A stretch of 64,000 bases of DNA from Parachlamydiales bacterium (GCA_963705295.1 OY970065.1:320001-384000), one strand, 5' to 3'; positions 28,896 through 38,789 are shown, counted from the first letter of the stretch. Notes: generated by a model from the letters alone, not told the origin. Numbers and translations are program-made.

Positions 28896-30698
28896 ATGAG
28901 TCTTCCCCCTCTCTACTTTAATATCGTTATCATAGATCGAACCTTTGATATTCACTCCACGGATAAAAAACCTTTTCCTAACCAATGTACTCTGAAGTCG
29001 TTGAGGAAATTTGAAGAAGTCATTCAAGACGTTCAAGAAAACAAATTAGAATATACACCTCCTCTCCAAAGGGAGGGATTAACTGTCGATCAAGTGGTTG
29101 GCATTCTTTACCATAAATCAAGAACGATTTTTGATAGCTACCGGAGAAAGTATGCCTATCGATTCTGGAAAGGCAATGAGGAAAAAGAAGTTCATGCAGT
29201 TTTCATTAGAATTGAAAAACTCATGAAGCACCGAGTCTTCGACATACCTGGAAGAGTTCAGTTGCCCAATGAATTATGTATCTACATTGTTGTACAATTT
29301 TGCAATCTTCCTACGCTTGGAAAATTCGCCCGATTAACCCAGCATGCTCGGTCTCTTGTTGAAGATGTTACAACGCGCTTAGCACAAAGCTCAGGTTGTG
29401 AAAAGAATAACCCGGAAGAAGCACGAAACTTCCTCCGTAGGATTTTCCAAGAAATCAGAGGTCTCATGGAAAGGAAGATAATCCCTGATTGGTATTTTTC
29501 CTATGAGCAAAATAGACTAAATTTTAGAAATATCTTACGAGGTTTTAGATCGCTCACGGTCGATGAACTTTTTGATCTTTTTTCTTCTGTTCCGATGTAT
29601 CCTTCGATGGATGCGAAAAAAAACAAAGTTCCACCTTTGTTTATAAATCTTAGGAAATTTTTTCTCGCAAATGAAAGGTTTTTTAGAGTGCCACGGAACA
29701 TTGTGTGTGATGGTTTAGAAAATGTGACAATGGAAAAAGGGGCTGTAGCTATGGGAAAAGCTGCCGCTAATCGAGATTCAGAAGTCATGGAATTTCTTCT
29801 TCGAGCGGGGCTTCACTTCAATGACCAAGGAATCGATAAAAAAACGGCTCTCACCGGAGCATGTGAATCGGAACAAGATAATGGAAATCTAGTGAAAAGT
29901 CTTTTGGAAAGAGGCGCTGACTCTAAAACAGCAGATGCCCATGGACATCTTCCTATTCATTGTGCTTCTCTGCGCCTTCATTTAGAAAGCATGCGGCTCC
30001 TTTTAGGAGTAGAAAATCCTCCCGTGAATGTGCCGGGTGGTGAAGGTAGGTTTACACCTCTCTGCTATGTGTGCAATGCTGAAAGAGAAGATGTCGAAGC
30101 TGCAAGACTTCTCTTAGCTCATAAAGCCGATCCAAATCTTCCGGCTGGAAATGGAAGTTGTCCCATTCACTTTGCAACCCAAAGAGGATATTTTGGTATC
30201 GTCTCTTTACTTTTAAAGCATGAGGCTAACGTAAATTATCCAGGTGCTGATGGTTTAACACCCCTATGTTTTGCTTGTGCGCCGACTTACCGTTCCGATT
30301 ATTATAGAAAAAATCGAGAAGTTGTTCGCGCACTTCTGGAAGCTGGAGCAGATCCTAATATCCCCTCAAATGAAGGAAATTCGCCACTCTGTTGGGCTGT
30401 TCAAGCTGGGTGTGCGGACTTTGCCGCTTTACTCATTTCCAAAAGAGGTAATGTCCATGTTAGAGGAGAAAGAAACAAATCTGCTCTCCATTTTGCTTGC
30501 GAGAAAACAACACTGGATCATTTAGGTTGTGTTTCTCTACTCCTCCAGTTTGAAGTCAATCCAAATATCATTTCTAATGATGGAGAAACACCTTTAGATA
30601 TAATTAATAGAAACATCGATTTCAGAGGAGCGTGGATTCCATTTGAAAAAATTCTCAAGCAATATGGCGGTAAAAAAGCGTCACAAATAAACCCATAG
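28896..30698 (+). CDS. Ankyrin-repeat protein with an F-box-like motif; candidate effector
   Basis: LPNELCIYIVVQFCNLPTLGKFARL F-box-like segment; about 9 ankyrin repeats in the C-terminal half. Confidence 0.85.
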   Translation: MSLPPLYFNIVIIDRTFDIHSTDKKPFPNQCTLKSLRKFEEVIQDVQENKLEYTPPLQREGLTVDQVVGILYHKSRTIFDSYRRKYAYRFWKGNEEKEVHAVFIRIEKLMKHRVFDIPGRVQLPNELCIYIVVQFCNLPTLGKFARLTQHARSLVEDVTTRLAQSSGCEKNNPEEARNFLRRIFQEIRGLMERKIIPDWYFSYEQNRLNFRNILRGFRSLTVDELFDLFSSVPMYPSMDAKKNKVPPLFINLRKFFLANERFFRVPRNIVCDGLENVTMEKGAVAMGKAAANRDSEVMEFLLRAGLHFNDQGIDKKTALTGACESEQDNGNLVKSLLERGADSKTADAHGHLPIHCASLRLHLESMRLLLGVENPPVNVPGGEGRFTPLCYVCNAEREDVEAARLLLAHKADPNLPAGNGSCPIHFATQRGYFGIVSLLLKHEANVNYPGADGLTPLCFACAPTYRSDYYRKNREVVRALLEAGADPNIPSNEGNSPLCWAVQAGCADFAALLISKRGNVHVRGERNKSALHFACEKTTLDHLGCVSLLLQFEVNPNIISNDGETPLDIINRNIDFRGAWIPFEKILKQYGGKKASQINP

Positions 30699-30708
30699 GA
30701 AATCTGTT

Positions 30709-31089
30709 ATGAAAACAAAATCGTTTGATTTAGCTTGGATCGTTGCAAAAGATTTCAGTAAGACTGTGAAGTTTTACACCGAAGTCGTCGGCTTAAAATT
30801 AATGAAATCGAATGAAGAATATGGATGGGCTGAACTGCAAGGCCACGAAGGCGGAGCGACTCTAGGTATTTGTAAAGCAGATGAAAGAGCCTGTCCTTTA
30901 AAGGCAGGACAAAATGCTTGTCCGACCTTTACCGTCGAGGATCTTGAAAAAGCCAAAAAAGATATCCAAGGAAAAGGGGTCAAACTGGTTGGCGATGTAC
31001 AAGAAGTTCCGGGCCATGTGAAACTCCAGCTGGCCGTGGATGCCGATGGCAATCATTTCCAGCTGGTCCAGATGTTGGGCGATTATTAA
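30709..31089 (+). CDS. VOC / glyoxalase family protein
   Basis: KFYTEVVGL, FTVEDLE, DADGNHFQL. Confidence 0.9.
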   Translation: MKTKSFDLAWIVAKDFSKTVKFYTEVVGLKLMKSNEEYGWAELQGHEGGATLGICKADERACPLKAGQNACPTFTVEDLEKAKKDIQGKGVKLVGDVQEVPGHVKLQLAVDADGNHFQLVQMLGDY

Positions 31090-31269
31090 CCCAACAGGCA
31101 AAAAGGTGACAATCTGCTTGCTGCACTCCTGTCAGATCGATCCTCCTCCTCGGCCTAGCCTCCGCCCTAACCTATCGATGGGGTCCTCGTCGGTCGGACC
31201 GCTAACGCTTCGATCTGACAGGAGTTCGCTGACGCATTTTGTCACCTTTTTGCCCGTCGGGCTAATAAT
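31082..31269. repeat. 188-bp palindromic element (MITE/REP-like or structured RNA)
   Basis: Outer IR 31082-31112 / 31239-31269 (28/31); inner perfect 16-bp IR 31125-31140 / 31210-31225. Confidence 0.85.
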
Positions 31270-32953
31270 TCTTTCCCTTACATCCTTTGCAAGGTTTTGA
31301 GAGTTTCTCTGTTGAGGATGGGTCAGGGAAAGGAGCTTTTCCATTGAGACTAAAGACATAGAGTCCTCCTTCCGTAATTCCTGAAGTAAAAGGAATTCTC
31401 AGATCGGTAAATCCTACAGGAACAAAGACCTTATTTTCTGCAACAGTGATATCCCCGTAGAGAATAGGAGAAATTAAAGGAAGGTTTGTGGGTGGAAGAT
31501 TTGGAAACATCGATTCACAAACGGGAGGTGGGGCAAAACAGAGACTATATGTAGGCGGGAATTGAAAACTGAAGAGTTCGTCTCCATTTTTAGCACTAAA
31601 AGCTAAAAACCTTCCATCTGCGGTACCTGTGTAAAGAACCCCATTCGATTCTGTGATCGATCCGAGCACATTTCCAGAAAAATCTTTTCTCCACTTCACT
31701 TTTCCATTCGATGCATTCAAAGCAAAAATACTCGTCATGCACCGATTGATCTGAATATCGGCCCAATAATTCAACAAAGTTGGATCGGATGATCGGTCAT
31801 ATGCATAGTCAAATCCCACATTTAAAAGAGGTTTTTTAGTCCAGCTTAAAATGGTATAAACTGTCCCATTCACAAAGGCTGCGCTAGGATTGCCCAATAA
31901 GGTCGGAAATCCGCTACGAATCTTTTTTTGCCATATGACCTCACCCGTCGCGCGATCAAATGTTGTATAAATTCCTTTTTTACTATTGACACCAACAACA
32001 TCACGTCCTGTTCCATCTTTTTTTGTGTTAAAAAGATTAGGAGAGGAAAGGACATCTAAATCTTGATAGCCTCGAGAGATCTTTGTTCCTGTTTGATCTG
32101 CATAGACCGAGTCATTTTTTGTAAATTGGTAGCTCCATACTTTTTTGCCGGTCCTATAATCGATGGCAATGAGAGAATCGCAATCGGGATTTGCAGGAGG
32201 GAAAGTCGCATCGGACATTCCAATATAAAGCAATTTCAGTTTTGTATCGTAAGCGGGAGTTGATTCAATAGTTCCTCCTCCACCGATCTCTGGTATAAAT
32301 TGCCAGACCGGCTCGCCGGTTTCCTTGTCAAAAGCATTAAGGGAAGCGATCAGTTTTGGATCGGGATTGAGATCGCCTTCAGATGTTGTAGCAGTAGGCA
32401 CGATGACGAGGCCATCGATGAACGATGTTGCGGCAAACATACTATTGCCAGTATTTTTATTGCCCACGCGACTTTTCCAAACAATACTTCCATCTGATTT
32501 ATTCAATTTAAAAAGCATATCAAAAGGGGCTCCTTTAGAAGGGAAAAAAGAACCCGTCGCATAGAGAAAATCTCCATCTATTGCCGATTCTGTAAAAAAG
32601 GCTCCTTCTCCGGGAGTAAATTGCCAAAGTAAAGTCCCATCAGAAACCTTAGATGCTTGTAGACTGAAAGCAAAGTTGTTGTAATAGACAACGCCTTGAT
32701 CCACGATCGGATTTTTCAACGAAGGGAATCTAAAGGGTCCCACGGGAGAATCTGGGATATCGGGCAGAGACACCCAATCGAGTTTCAAATCTTTGACATT
32801 ATTAGGTCCAATTTTATTCTTCCCAGGATTGCTATTGGTGTTGCAATGATCATGGCTGGCCGATTTCCACTGAGGATTATTGGCAGTTTGATCACCCGCA
32901 CTGTAAACGGTTCCAACAAGCAAGCACATCATAATCGATTTGATTACAGACAT
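31262..32953 (-). CDS. Secreted PQQ-binding-like beta-propeller repeat protein
   Basis: Signal peptide; repeated Trp-docking motifs DGTLLWQF, DGSIVWK, TGEPVWQF, TGKKVWSY, TGEVIWQ, NGKVKWR, NGDELFSF. Confidence 0.88.
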   Translation of the reverse strand: MSVIKSIMMCLLVGTVYSAGDQTANNPQWKSASHDHCNTNSNPGKNKIGPNNVKDLKLDWVSLPDIPDSPVGPFRFPSLKNPIVDQGVVYYNNFAFSLQASKVSDGTLLWQFTPGEGAFFTESAIDGDFLYATGSFFPSKGAPFDMLFKLNKSDGSIVWKSRVGNKNTGNSMFAATSFIDGLVIVPTATTSEGDLNPDPKLIASLNAFDKETGEPVWQFIPEIGGGGTIESTPAYDTKLKLLYIGMSDATFPPANPDCDSLIAIDYRTGKKVWSYQFTKNDSVYADQTGTKISRGYQDLDVLSSPNLFNTKKDGTGRDVVGVNSKKGIYTTFDRATGEVIWQKKIRSGFPTLLGNPSAAFVNGTVYTILSWTKKPLLNVGFDYAYDRSSDPTLLNYWADIQINRCMTSIFALNASNGKVKWRKDFSGNVLGSITESNGVLYTGTADGRFLAFSAKNGDELFSFQFPPTYSLCFAPPPVCESMFPNLPPTNLPLISPILYGDITVAENKVFVPVGFTDLRIPFTSGITEGGLYVFSLNGKAPFPDPSSTEKLSKPCKGCKGKNY

Positions 32954-33025
32954 GAAATTCTCCTTTCTTTAAATATACATAAAAAAAAATTGTGTTAACA
33001 TCCAAAATTTTACAAGAGAGAAGAT

Positions 33026-34432
33026 ATGTTGCAATTTTTACGGGTCTTTTTTGCAGTGTTATTGGTATCTGTCGGTTTCGGTGCAGAAACGAGGAAGGTG
33101 CTTAAAGCGGAGTTATCATCCGGTTTTGCAAGTCCCGCCATCGATGGAATTTTGGGTTATCTTTCTGAAGAAGGGGATCAAGCTTATTTATTTTATTCTA
33201 ATTTTTATGACACTTTTAAGCCGACTCAACCGGTGGCTCAACTTTTGAATAATGTCGATGGGGAGTTGGTTGTTTCTAAAACATTGCCGTTTGATCCTAA
33301 ATATCCAGCTTCCTGGTTTGGTTGGGCTTCACAGGATTTTTCTCGATTCTCTGTTTTACAAACTGCCATCTGTAAACCTTATCCTGCCTGTGCACCATCG
33401 ATTGAGAATATGAGGATCCAAATTCTCGATAACGATTTTAACGTCGTAGGAAGTCGGATCATCAAAAACTCTAATTTTTCTGTTGTCATGGGAGGTAGCT
33501 TTAGTGAAGACAACCATTATGTCTCTTTCGCTTATGCACTGGCGGCTCCCCCACCGAGTAAGAGTTTCAATTCTGTCATCTATGTTTTCGATGCAACCGA
33601 TCCGAAACTCCCTACTGTTGCGGGACCGATCACAATTTCGGGTTACGACCCTCTTGTCAGAGGCCCTACCTTATTTACTTTGACAGATTCGAGCGGAACG
33701 GAAAATCTCTATTTATCCTTTGCAAATAGTCAAATAAACTTAAAGGCGGCCAATAAATTTTCTCTAGACGATGACCTAAGACCTCCTTATTTTAGTGAAG
33801 TTTATAAAGTGGATGTAAAAAAAGGGACAATTACTCTGCTGGATAAAAAACCTCTTCCAAAATTTGCAGAAAATACTCTTTTTGTTCGTAAAAGTGGAAA
33901 AGAAGCCCTTGTCTGTCACGGAGGACAATGTAGTATCAATCCGAAACAACCTCAGATTTATACAACCATCTTACCTGCAAATATCTGTGATTTACCCGGC
34001 AATTGCGAGGCGATTCGGGTTTTCCGTTTTGATGGAGAAAAACTGAAGCTCTTTTTCAAACAATCGAGTAATTGTTGTAGTTTTGTTGTTGCCTATCCTC
34101 CCGATAATGGGTGTACTTATTTTATTGGACAGTCGGTCGAAACTTATAGTATTCCAGCGAAACCAAAGACCCAAACCCCTTTCCAGCAAGAGTTCTGGTC
34201 ATTGCATCGCCTCGTGAGAGGAAACTCCGGTCTAAAAACAGTCCCAGAAGCAGGCCCTTTTCAAGATTTAAAAAATGCCATTACAACTTTTAGTCAGAAT
34301 GGAAAGTGGATGTTAAGAACGGGGGTTTATGGATACGTCAAAGGTAAGCCCAATAAAGACTCGATTGGAATAAAAAATGTTTTGCTTTTCAAGATTTCTA
34401 AGGAAGAAGTGACTCCTTTTTGTAATAAATAA
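33026..34432 (+). CDS. Secreted Cys-rich hypothetical protein, tandem paralogue 1 (most divergent)
   Basis: 468 aa, signal peptide, ten Cys shared with copies 2-4. Confidence 0.9.
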   Translation: MLQFLRVFFAVLLVSVGFGAETRKVLKAELSSGFASPAIDGILGYLSEEGDQAYLFYSNFYDTFKPTQPVAQLLNNVDGELVVSKTLPFDPKYPASWFGWASQDFSRFSVLQTAICKPYPACAPSIENMRIQILDNDFNVVGSRIIKNSNFSVVMGGSFSEDNHYVSFAYALAAPPPSKSFNSVIYVFDATDPKLPTVAGPITISGYDPLVRGPTLFTLTDSSGTENLYLSFANSQINLKAANKFSLDDDLRPPYFSEVYKVDVKKGTITLLDKKPLPKFAENTLFVRKSGKEALVCHGGQCSINPKQPQIYTTILPANICDLPGNCEAIRVFRFDGEKLKLFFKQSSNCCSFVVAYPPDNGCTYFIGQSVETYSIPAKPKTQTPFQQEFWSLHRLVRGNSGLKTVPEAGPFQDLKNAITTFSQNGKWMLRTGVYGYVKGKPNKDSIGIKNVLLFKISKEEVTPFCNK

Positions 34433-34499
34433 ATTCAGATGGGACGATACATTGAAAAAATTTTACTATATCTGATACTCTTAAAAAAGGAGATAACTT

Positions 34500-35903
34500 A
34501 TGTTGAATGTTTTCCGTGTATTCATTGCAATCTTGGCAGTTTCTACGAGCTTCTGTGCTGAATCAAAACCAAGGAAGGTGCTTAAAGCGGAGCTGTCTTC
34601 GGGGTTTGCGACACCATCCATCGATGGAACTTTAGGATATCTTTCTCCAAATGGCGATCAAGCTTATTTAGTTTTTGCAAATCTTTACGACACACTTGAA
34701 CCTACCCAACCGATGGCCCAACTTTTTAATAATGTGAACGGTGAGTTGGTCGTTGCTCAAACTCTGCCGTTTGATCCGAAATATCCAGCAACGTGGTGGG
34801 GTTGGGCATCTCAAGATTTTTCTAGATTCTCTGTGCTACAGTCCGGAATCTGTAGCCCAACTCCTTGCGTTATTTCCAATATGCGTATCCAAATTCTGGA
34901 TCAGAATTTTAACGTTGTCGGGAGTCGAGTCTTCAAGAATCCTAATTTTGTGGTTGTTATGGGAGGGAGCTTTAGTGAAGACAACCATTATGTGGCATTC
35001 TCTTATGCTATTCCAGCCCCTAGTCCCAGTAAAAGTTTCAATTCAAAAATATTCATTCTGGATGCAACCGATCCTAAACTTCCCACCGTGGCTGGACCCA
35101 TCACCATCTCGGGGTTTGATCCCCATGTCAAAGGACCCACGTTATTTACACTGACCGATTGTAATGGAAAGGAAAATCTCTATTTAACATTCACAAGCAG
35201 CCAAATAGACTTCAATCCGACCGTTACATTTCTCTCGGATAATGTTATGAGGCCTCCTTATTTTAGTGAAGTCTATGCGGTGAATGTAAAAAAAGGGACC
35301 ATCACCCTAGTCACTAAAAAACCGCTTCCGAAATTTGCTGAAAATTCCCTTCTTGTTCTTAAAAATAAAAAAGAAGCCCTTATTTGTCATGGAGGTCAGT
35401 GTAGTGTCAATCCTAAACAACCGAGTATTTATACGACACTTTTACCAGCCAATATTTGTGATTTGCCCGGTGATTGTCAGGCGATACGAGTCTTTCGTTT
35501 TGATGGGGAAAAACTAAAGCTGTTTTTCAAGCAGACAACGAACTGTTGTAGTTTGTTGGTTCCCTATCCTCCGCACAATGGATGTTCTTATTTTAATGCC
35601 TCATCTGTAGAAATTTATAGAGTTCCAGGCAAGCCAAAAACTCAAGCGCCTTTACCCCAAGAGTTTTGGTCTCTTTTTAAGCTTATACGAGGCAAGGCTG
35701 GTCTTGAACTTATCCCAGAAGCTGGACCTTTCCAAGACATGGCATTTACTGATACAACATTCAGTCAGGATGGGAAATGGATGCTCCGTACAGGATCTTA
35801 TGGATATGTCAATGATAATCCTGATAAGGATTCCATTGGTATAAAAAATGTTTTGCTTTTCAAGATTTCATCCCAAAAAGTAACTCCTTTTTGTGATAAA
35901 TAA
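34500..35903 (+). CDS. Secreted Cys-rich hypothetical protein, tandem paralogue 2
   Basis: 467 aa, AAGGAG RBS, signal peptide. Confidence 0.9.
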   Translation: MLNVFRVFIAILAVSTSFCAESKPRKVLKAELSSGFATPSIDGTLGYLSPNGDQAYLVFANLYDTLEPTQPMAQLFNNVNGELVVAQTLPFDPKYPATWWGWASQDFSRFSVLQSGICSPTPCVISNMRIQILDQNFNVVGSRVFKNPNFVVVMGGSFSEDNHYVAFSYAIPAPSPSKSFNSKIFILDATDPKLPTVAGPITISGFDPHVKGPTLFTLTDCNGKENLYLTFTSSQIDFNPTVTFLSDNVMRPPYFSEVYAVNVKKGTITLVTKKPLPKFAENSLLVLKNKKEALICHGGQCSVNPKQPSIYTTLLPANICDLPGDCQAIRVFRFDGEKLKLFFKQTTNCCSLLVPYPPHNGCSYFNASSVEIYRVPGKPKTQAPLPQEFWSLFKLIRGKAGLELIPEAGPFQDMAFTDTTFSQDGKWMLRTGSYGYVNDNPDKDSIGIKNVLLFKISSQKVTPFCDK

Positions 35904-35916
35904 AAGGAGATAACTT

Positions 35917-37329
35917 ATGTTGAATTTTATACGTTTGTTCATTGCGATTTTAGCAGTTTCTACGAGCTTCTGTGCTGAATCGAAACCCAGGAAGGTGCTT
36001 AAAGCGGAGTTGTCTTCGGGGTTTGCGACACCATCCATCGATGGAACTTTAGGATATCTTTCTCCAAATGGCGATCAAGCTTATTTATTTTTTGCAAATT
36101 TTTACAACACACTTGAACCTACCCAACCGGCTGCTCAACTTTTTAATAATGTGAACGGTGAACTGGTCGTTGCTCAAACTCTGCCGTTCGATCCGAAATA
36201 TCCAGCGACGTGGTATGGTTGGGCATCTCAAGATTTTTCTAGATTCTCTGTCTTAGAATCTGGAATCTGCACCCCTTTCCCCAAATGTGCTCCTACTATT
36301 GCCAATATGCGTATCCGTATTCTTGATCAGAGTTTTAACGTTGTTGGAAGTCGTGTGTTCAGCAATCCAAATTTTGATATTGTTATGGGAGGAAGTTTTA
36401 GTGAAGACAACCATTATGTGGCATTCTCTTATGCTCTTCCCGCCCCTAGCCCCAGTACGAGTTTCAATTCAAAAATCTTCATTCTGGATGCAACCGATCC
36501 TAAACTTCCTACCGTGGCTGGACCTATCACGATCTCGGGGTATGATAACTTTGGCACTGGACCCACGCTATTTACACTGATCGATTGTAATGGAAAGGAA
36601 AATCTCTTTTTTACATTCGCTAGTAGCCAAATAGACACAGAAGCGACACTTAACTTTTCCACAGATGATATTTTGAGGCCTCCTTATTTTAGTGAAGTCT
36701 ATGCGGTGAATGTAAAAAAAGGGACCATCACACTCGTCGATAAAAAACCGCTTCCGAAATTTGCACAAAATGTCGTTCTTGTTCTTAAAAATAAAAAAGA
36801 AGCTCTTGTTTGTCATGGAGGGCAATGTAGTGTTAATCCAAAACAACCGAACATTTATACGACACTTTTACCAGCCAATATTTGTGATTTGCCGGGCGAT
36901 TGTCAGGCGATACGAGCCTTTCGTTTTGATGGCGAAAAACTAAAGCTGTTTTTCAAGCAGACAACGAGCTGTTGTAGTTCGTTGGTGCCCTATCCTCCGC
37001 ACAATGGATGTTCTTATTTTAATGCCTCATCTGTAGAAAATTATGCAGTTCCAGGCAAGCCAAGAACCCAAGAACCTGCTCCACAAGAGTTTTGGTCTCT
37101 CTATAAACTTGTACGAGGCAAAGCTGGTCTCGAACTGATCCCGGAAGCGGGACCTTTCCAAGACATGAAATATACTAATACCATATTCAGTTATGATGGG
37201 AAATGGATGCTCCGTACAGGAGCATATGGATATGTCAAAGGAGATCCTGATAAGGATTCCATTGGTATAAAAAATGTTTTGCTTTTCAAGATTTCATCTC
37301 ATAAAGTGACTCCTTTTTGCAATAAATAA
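35917..37329 (+). CDS. Secreted Cys-rich hypothetical protein, tandem paralogue 3
   Basis: 470 aa; upstream AAAAGGAGATAACTTATGTTGAAT is identical to that of copy 2. Confidence 0.9.
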   Translation: MLNFIRLFIAILAVSTSFCAESKPRKVLKAELSSGFATPSIDGTLGYLSPNGDQAYLFFANFYNTLEPTQPAAQLFNNVNGELVVAQTLPFDPKYPATWYGWASQDFSRFSVLESGICTPFPKCAPTIANMRIRILDQSFNVVGSRVFSNPNFDIVMGGSFSEDNHYVAFSYALPAPSPSTSFNSKIFILDATDPKLPTVAGPITISGYDNFGTGPTLFTLIDCNGKENLFFTFASSQIDTEATLNFSTDDILRPPYFSEVYAVNVKKGTITLVDKKPLPKFAQNVVLVLKNKKEALVCHGGQCSVNPKQPNIYTTLLPANICDLPGDCQAIRAFRFDGEKLKLFFKQTTSCCSSLVPYPPHNGCSYFNASSVENYAVPGKPRTQEPAPQEFWSLYKLVRGKAGLELIPEAGPFQDMKYTNTIFSYDGKWMLRTGAYGYVKGDPDKDSIGIKNVLLFKISSHKVTPFCNK

Positions 37330-37376
37330 TGCTGGAATTGTGAAATTCTGTTACAAATAAAAAAAGGAGTTAACAG

Positions 37377-38789
37377 ATGTTGAATTTTATACGTTTGTTT
37401 ATTGCAATTTTGGCTGTTTCTACGAGCTTCTGTGCTGAATCAAAACCCAGGAAGGTGCTTAAAGCGGAGCTGTCTTCGGGGTTTGCGACACCTTCGATCG
37501 ATGGATTTGTAGGATATCTTTCTCCAAATGGCGATCAAGCGTATTTATTTTTTCAAAATTTTTACAGCACAATTGAACCTACCCAACCGGCGGCTCAACT
37601 TTTCAATAATGTGAACGGTGAACTGGTCGTTGCTCAGACGTTACCCTTTGATCTGAAATATCCGGCGACGTGGATTGGTTGGGCATCACAAGATTTTTCT
37701 AGATTCTCTGTGCTGCAGTCCGGAATCTGTAGCCCAACTCCTTGCATTGTGGCTAATATGCGTATTCAAATTCTGGATCAGAATTTTAACGTTGTCGGAA
37801 GTCGAGTCTTCAAAAATCCTAATTTTGAGGTTATTATGGGAGGGAGCTTTAGCGAAGACAACCATTATGTGGCTTTCTCTTATGCTCTTCCCGCCCCTAG
37901 TCCCAGTAAAAGTTTCAATTCAAAAATATTCATTCTGGATGCAACCGATCCTAAACTTCCTACCGTGGCGGGACCGATCACGATCTCGGGGTATGATCCC
38001 CTTGTCAGAGGACCCACGTTATTTACACTGACCGATTCTAACGGAAAGGAAAATCTCTATTTAACATTCACAAGCAGCCAAATAAACTTCAATCCGTCTT
38101 TTCCATCCATCGCATTATTCTCTGATAATGTTATGAGGCCTCCTTATTTTAGTGAAGTCTATGCGGTGAATGTAAAAAAAGGGACCATCACCCTAGTCAC
38201 TAAAAAACCCCTTCCAAAATTTGCAGAAAATACACTTCTTGTTCTTAAGAATAAAAAAGAAGCCCTTATTTGTCATGGAGGTCAGTGTAGTGTCAATCCT
38301 AAACAGCCGCAGATTTATACGACACTTAGACCAGCTAATATTTGTGATTTGCCCGGTGATTGTCAGGCCATACGAGTCTTTCGTTTTGATGGGGAAAAAC
38401 TAAAGCTATTTTTCAAGCAGACAACGAACTGTTGTAGTTTGTTGGTTCCCTATCCTCCACACAATGGATGTTCTTATTTTAATGCCTCATCTGTAGAAGA
38501 TTATTTTGTTCCAGGCAAGCCAAAAACTCAAGCGCCTGCTCCACAAGAGTTTTGGTCTCTCTTTAAACTCGTGCGAGGCAAGGCTGGTCTTGAACTTATC
38601 CCAGAAGCTGGACCTTTCCAAGATACGAAATATACTGATACCACGTTCAGTCAGGATGGGAAATGGATGCTTCGTCTAGGATCTTATGGATATGTCAAAG
38701 ATGATCCTGAGCTGGATTCCATTGGTATAAAAAATGTTTTACTTTTCAAGATTTCATCTCATGAAGTGACTCCTTTTTGTAATAAATAA
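37377..38789 (+). CDS. Secreted Cys-rich hypothetical protein, tandem paralogue 4
   Basis: 470 aa, AAGGAG RBS, signal peptide. Confidence 0.9.
   Translation: MLNFIRLFIAILAVSTSFCAESKPRKVLKAELSSGFATPSIDGFVGYLSPNGDQAYLFFQNFYSTIEPTQPAAQLFNNVNGELVVAQTLPFDLKYPATWIGWASQDFSRFSVLQSGICSPTPCIVANMRIQILDQNFNVVGSRVFKNPNFEVIMGGSFSEDNHYVAFSYALPAPSPSKSFNSKIFILDATDPKLPTVAGPITISGYDPLVRGPTLFTLTDSNGKENLYLTFTSSQINFNPSFPSIALFSDNVMRPPYFSEVYAVNVKKGTITLVTKKPLPKFAENTLLVLKNKKEALICHGGQCSVNPKQPQIYTTLRPANICDLPGDCQAIRVFRFDGEKLKLFFKQTTNCCSLLVPYPPHNGCSYFNASSVEDYFVPGKPKTQAPAPQEFWSLFKLVRGKAGLELIPEAGPFQDTKYTDTTFSQDGKWMLRLGSYGYVKDDPELDSIGIKNVLLFKISSHEVTPFCNK

Larger units (their letters stand above)
33026..38789 (+). repeat. Tandem array of four ~1.4-kb gene units
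   Basis: Long identical DNA blocks recur, for example AGGAAGGTGCTTAAAGCGGAG in all four copies. Confidence 0.95.

Noticed and set aside
31082..31269. 6S RNA identity for the palindromic element
   Set aside because: The size fits, but near-perfect stems overlapping two stop codons and no evident promoter favour a repeat element; an Rfam search is needed to exclude it formally.
33026..38789. Diversity-generating retroelement or shufflon behind the paralogue variation
   Set aside because: No reverse transcriptase or recombinase in the window; differences are not confined to adenines and include indels; all copies are full genes in one orientation.
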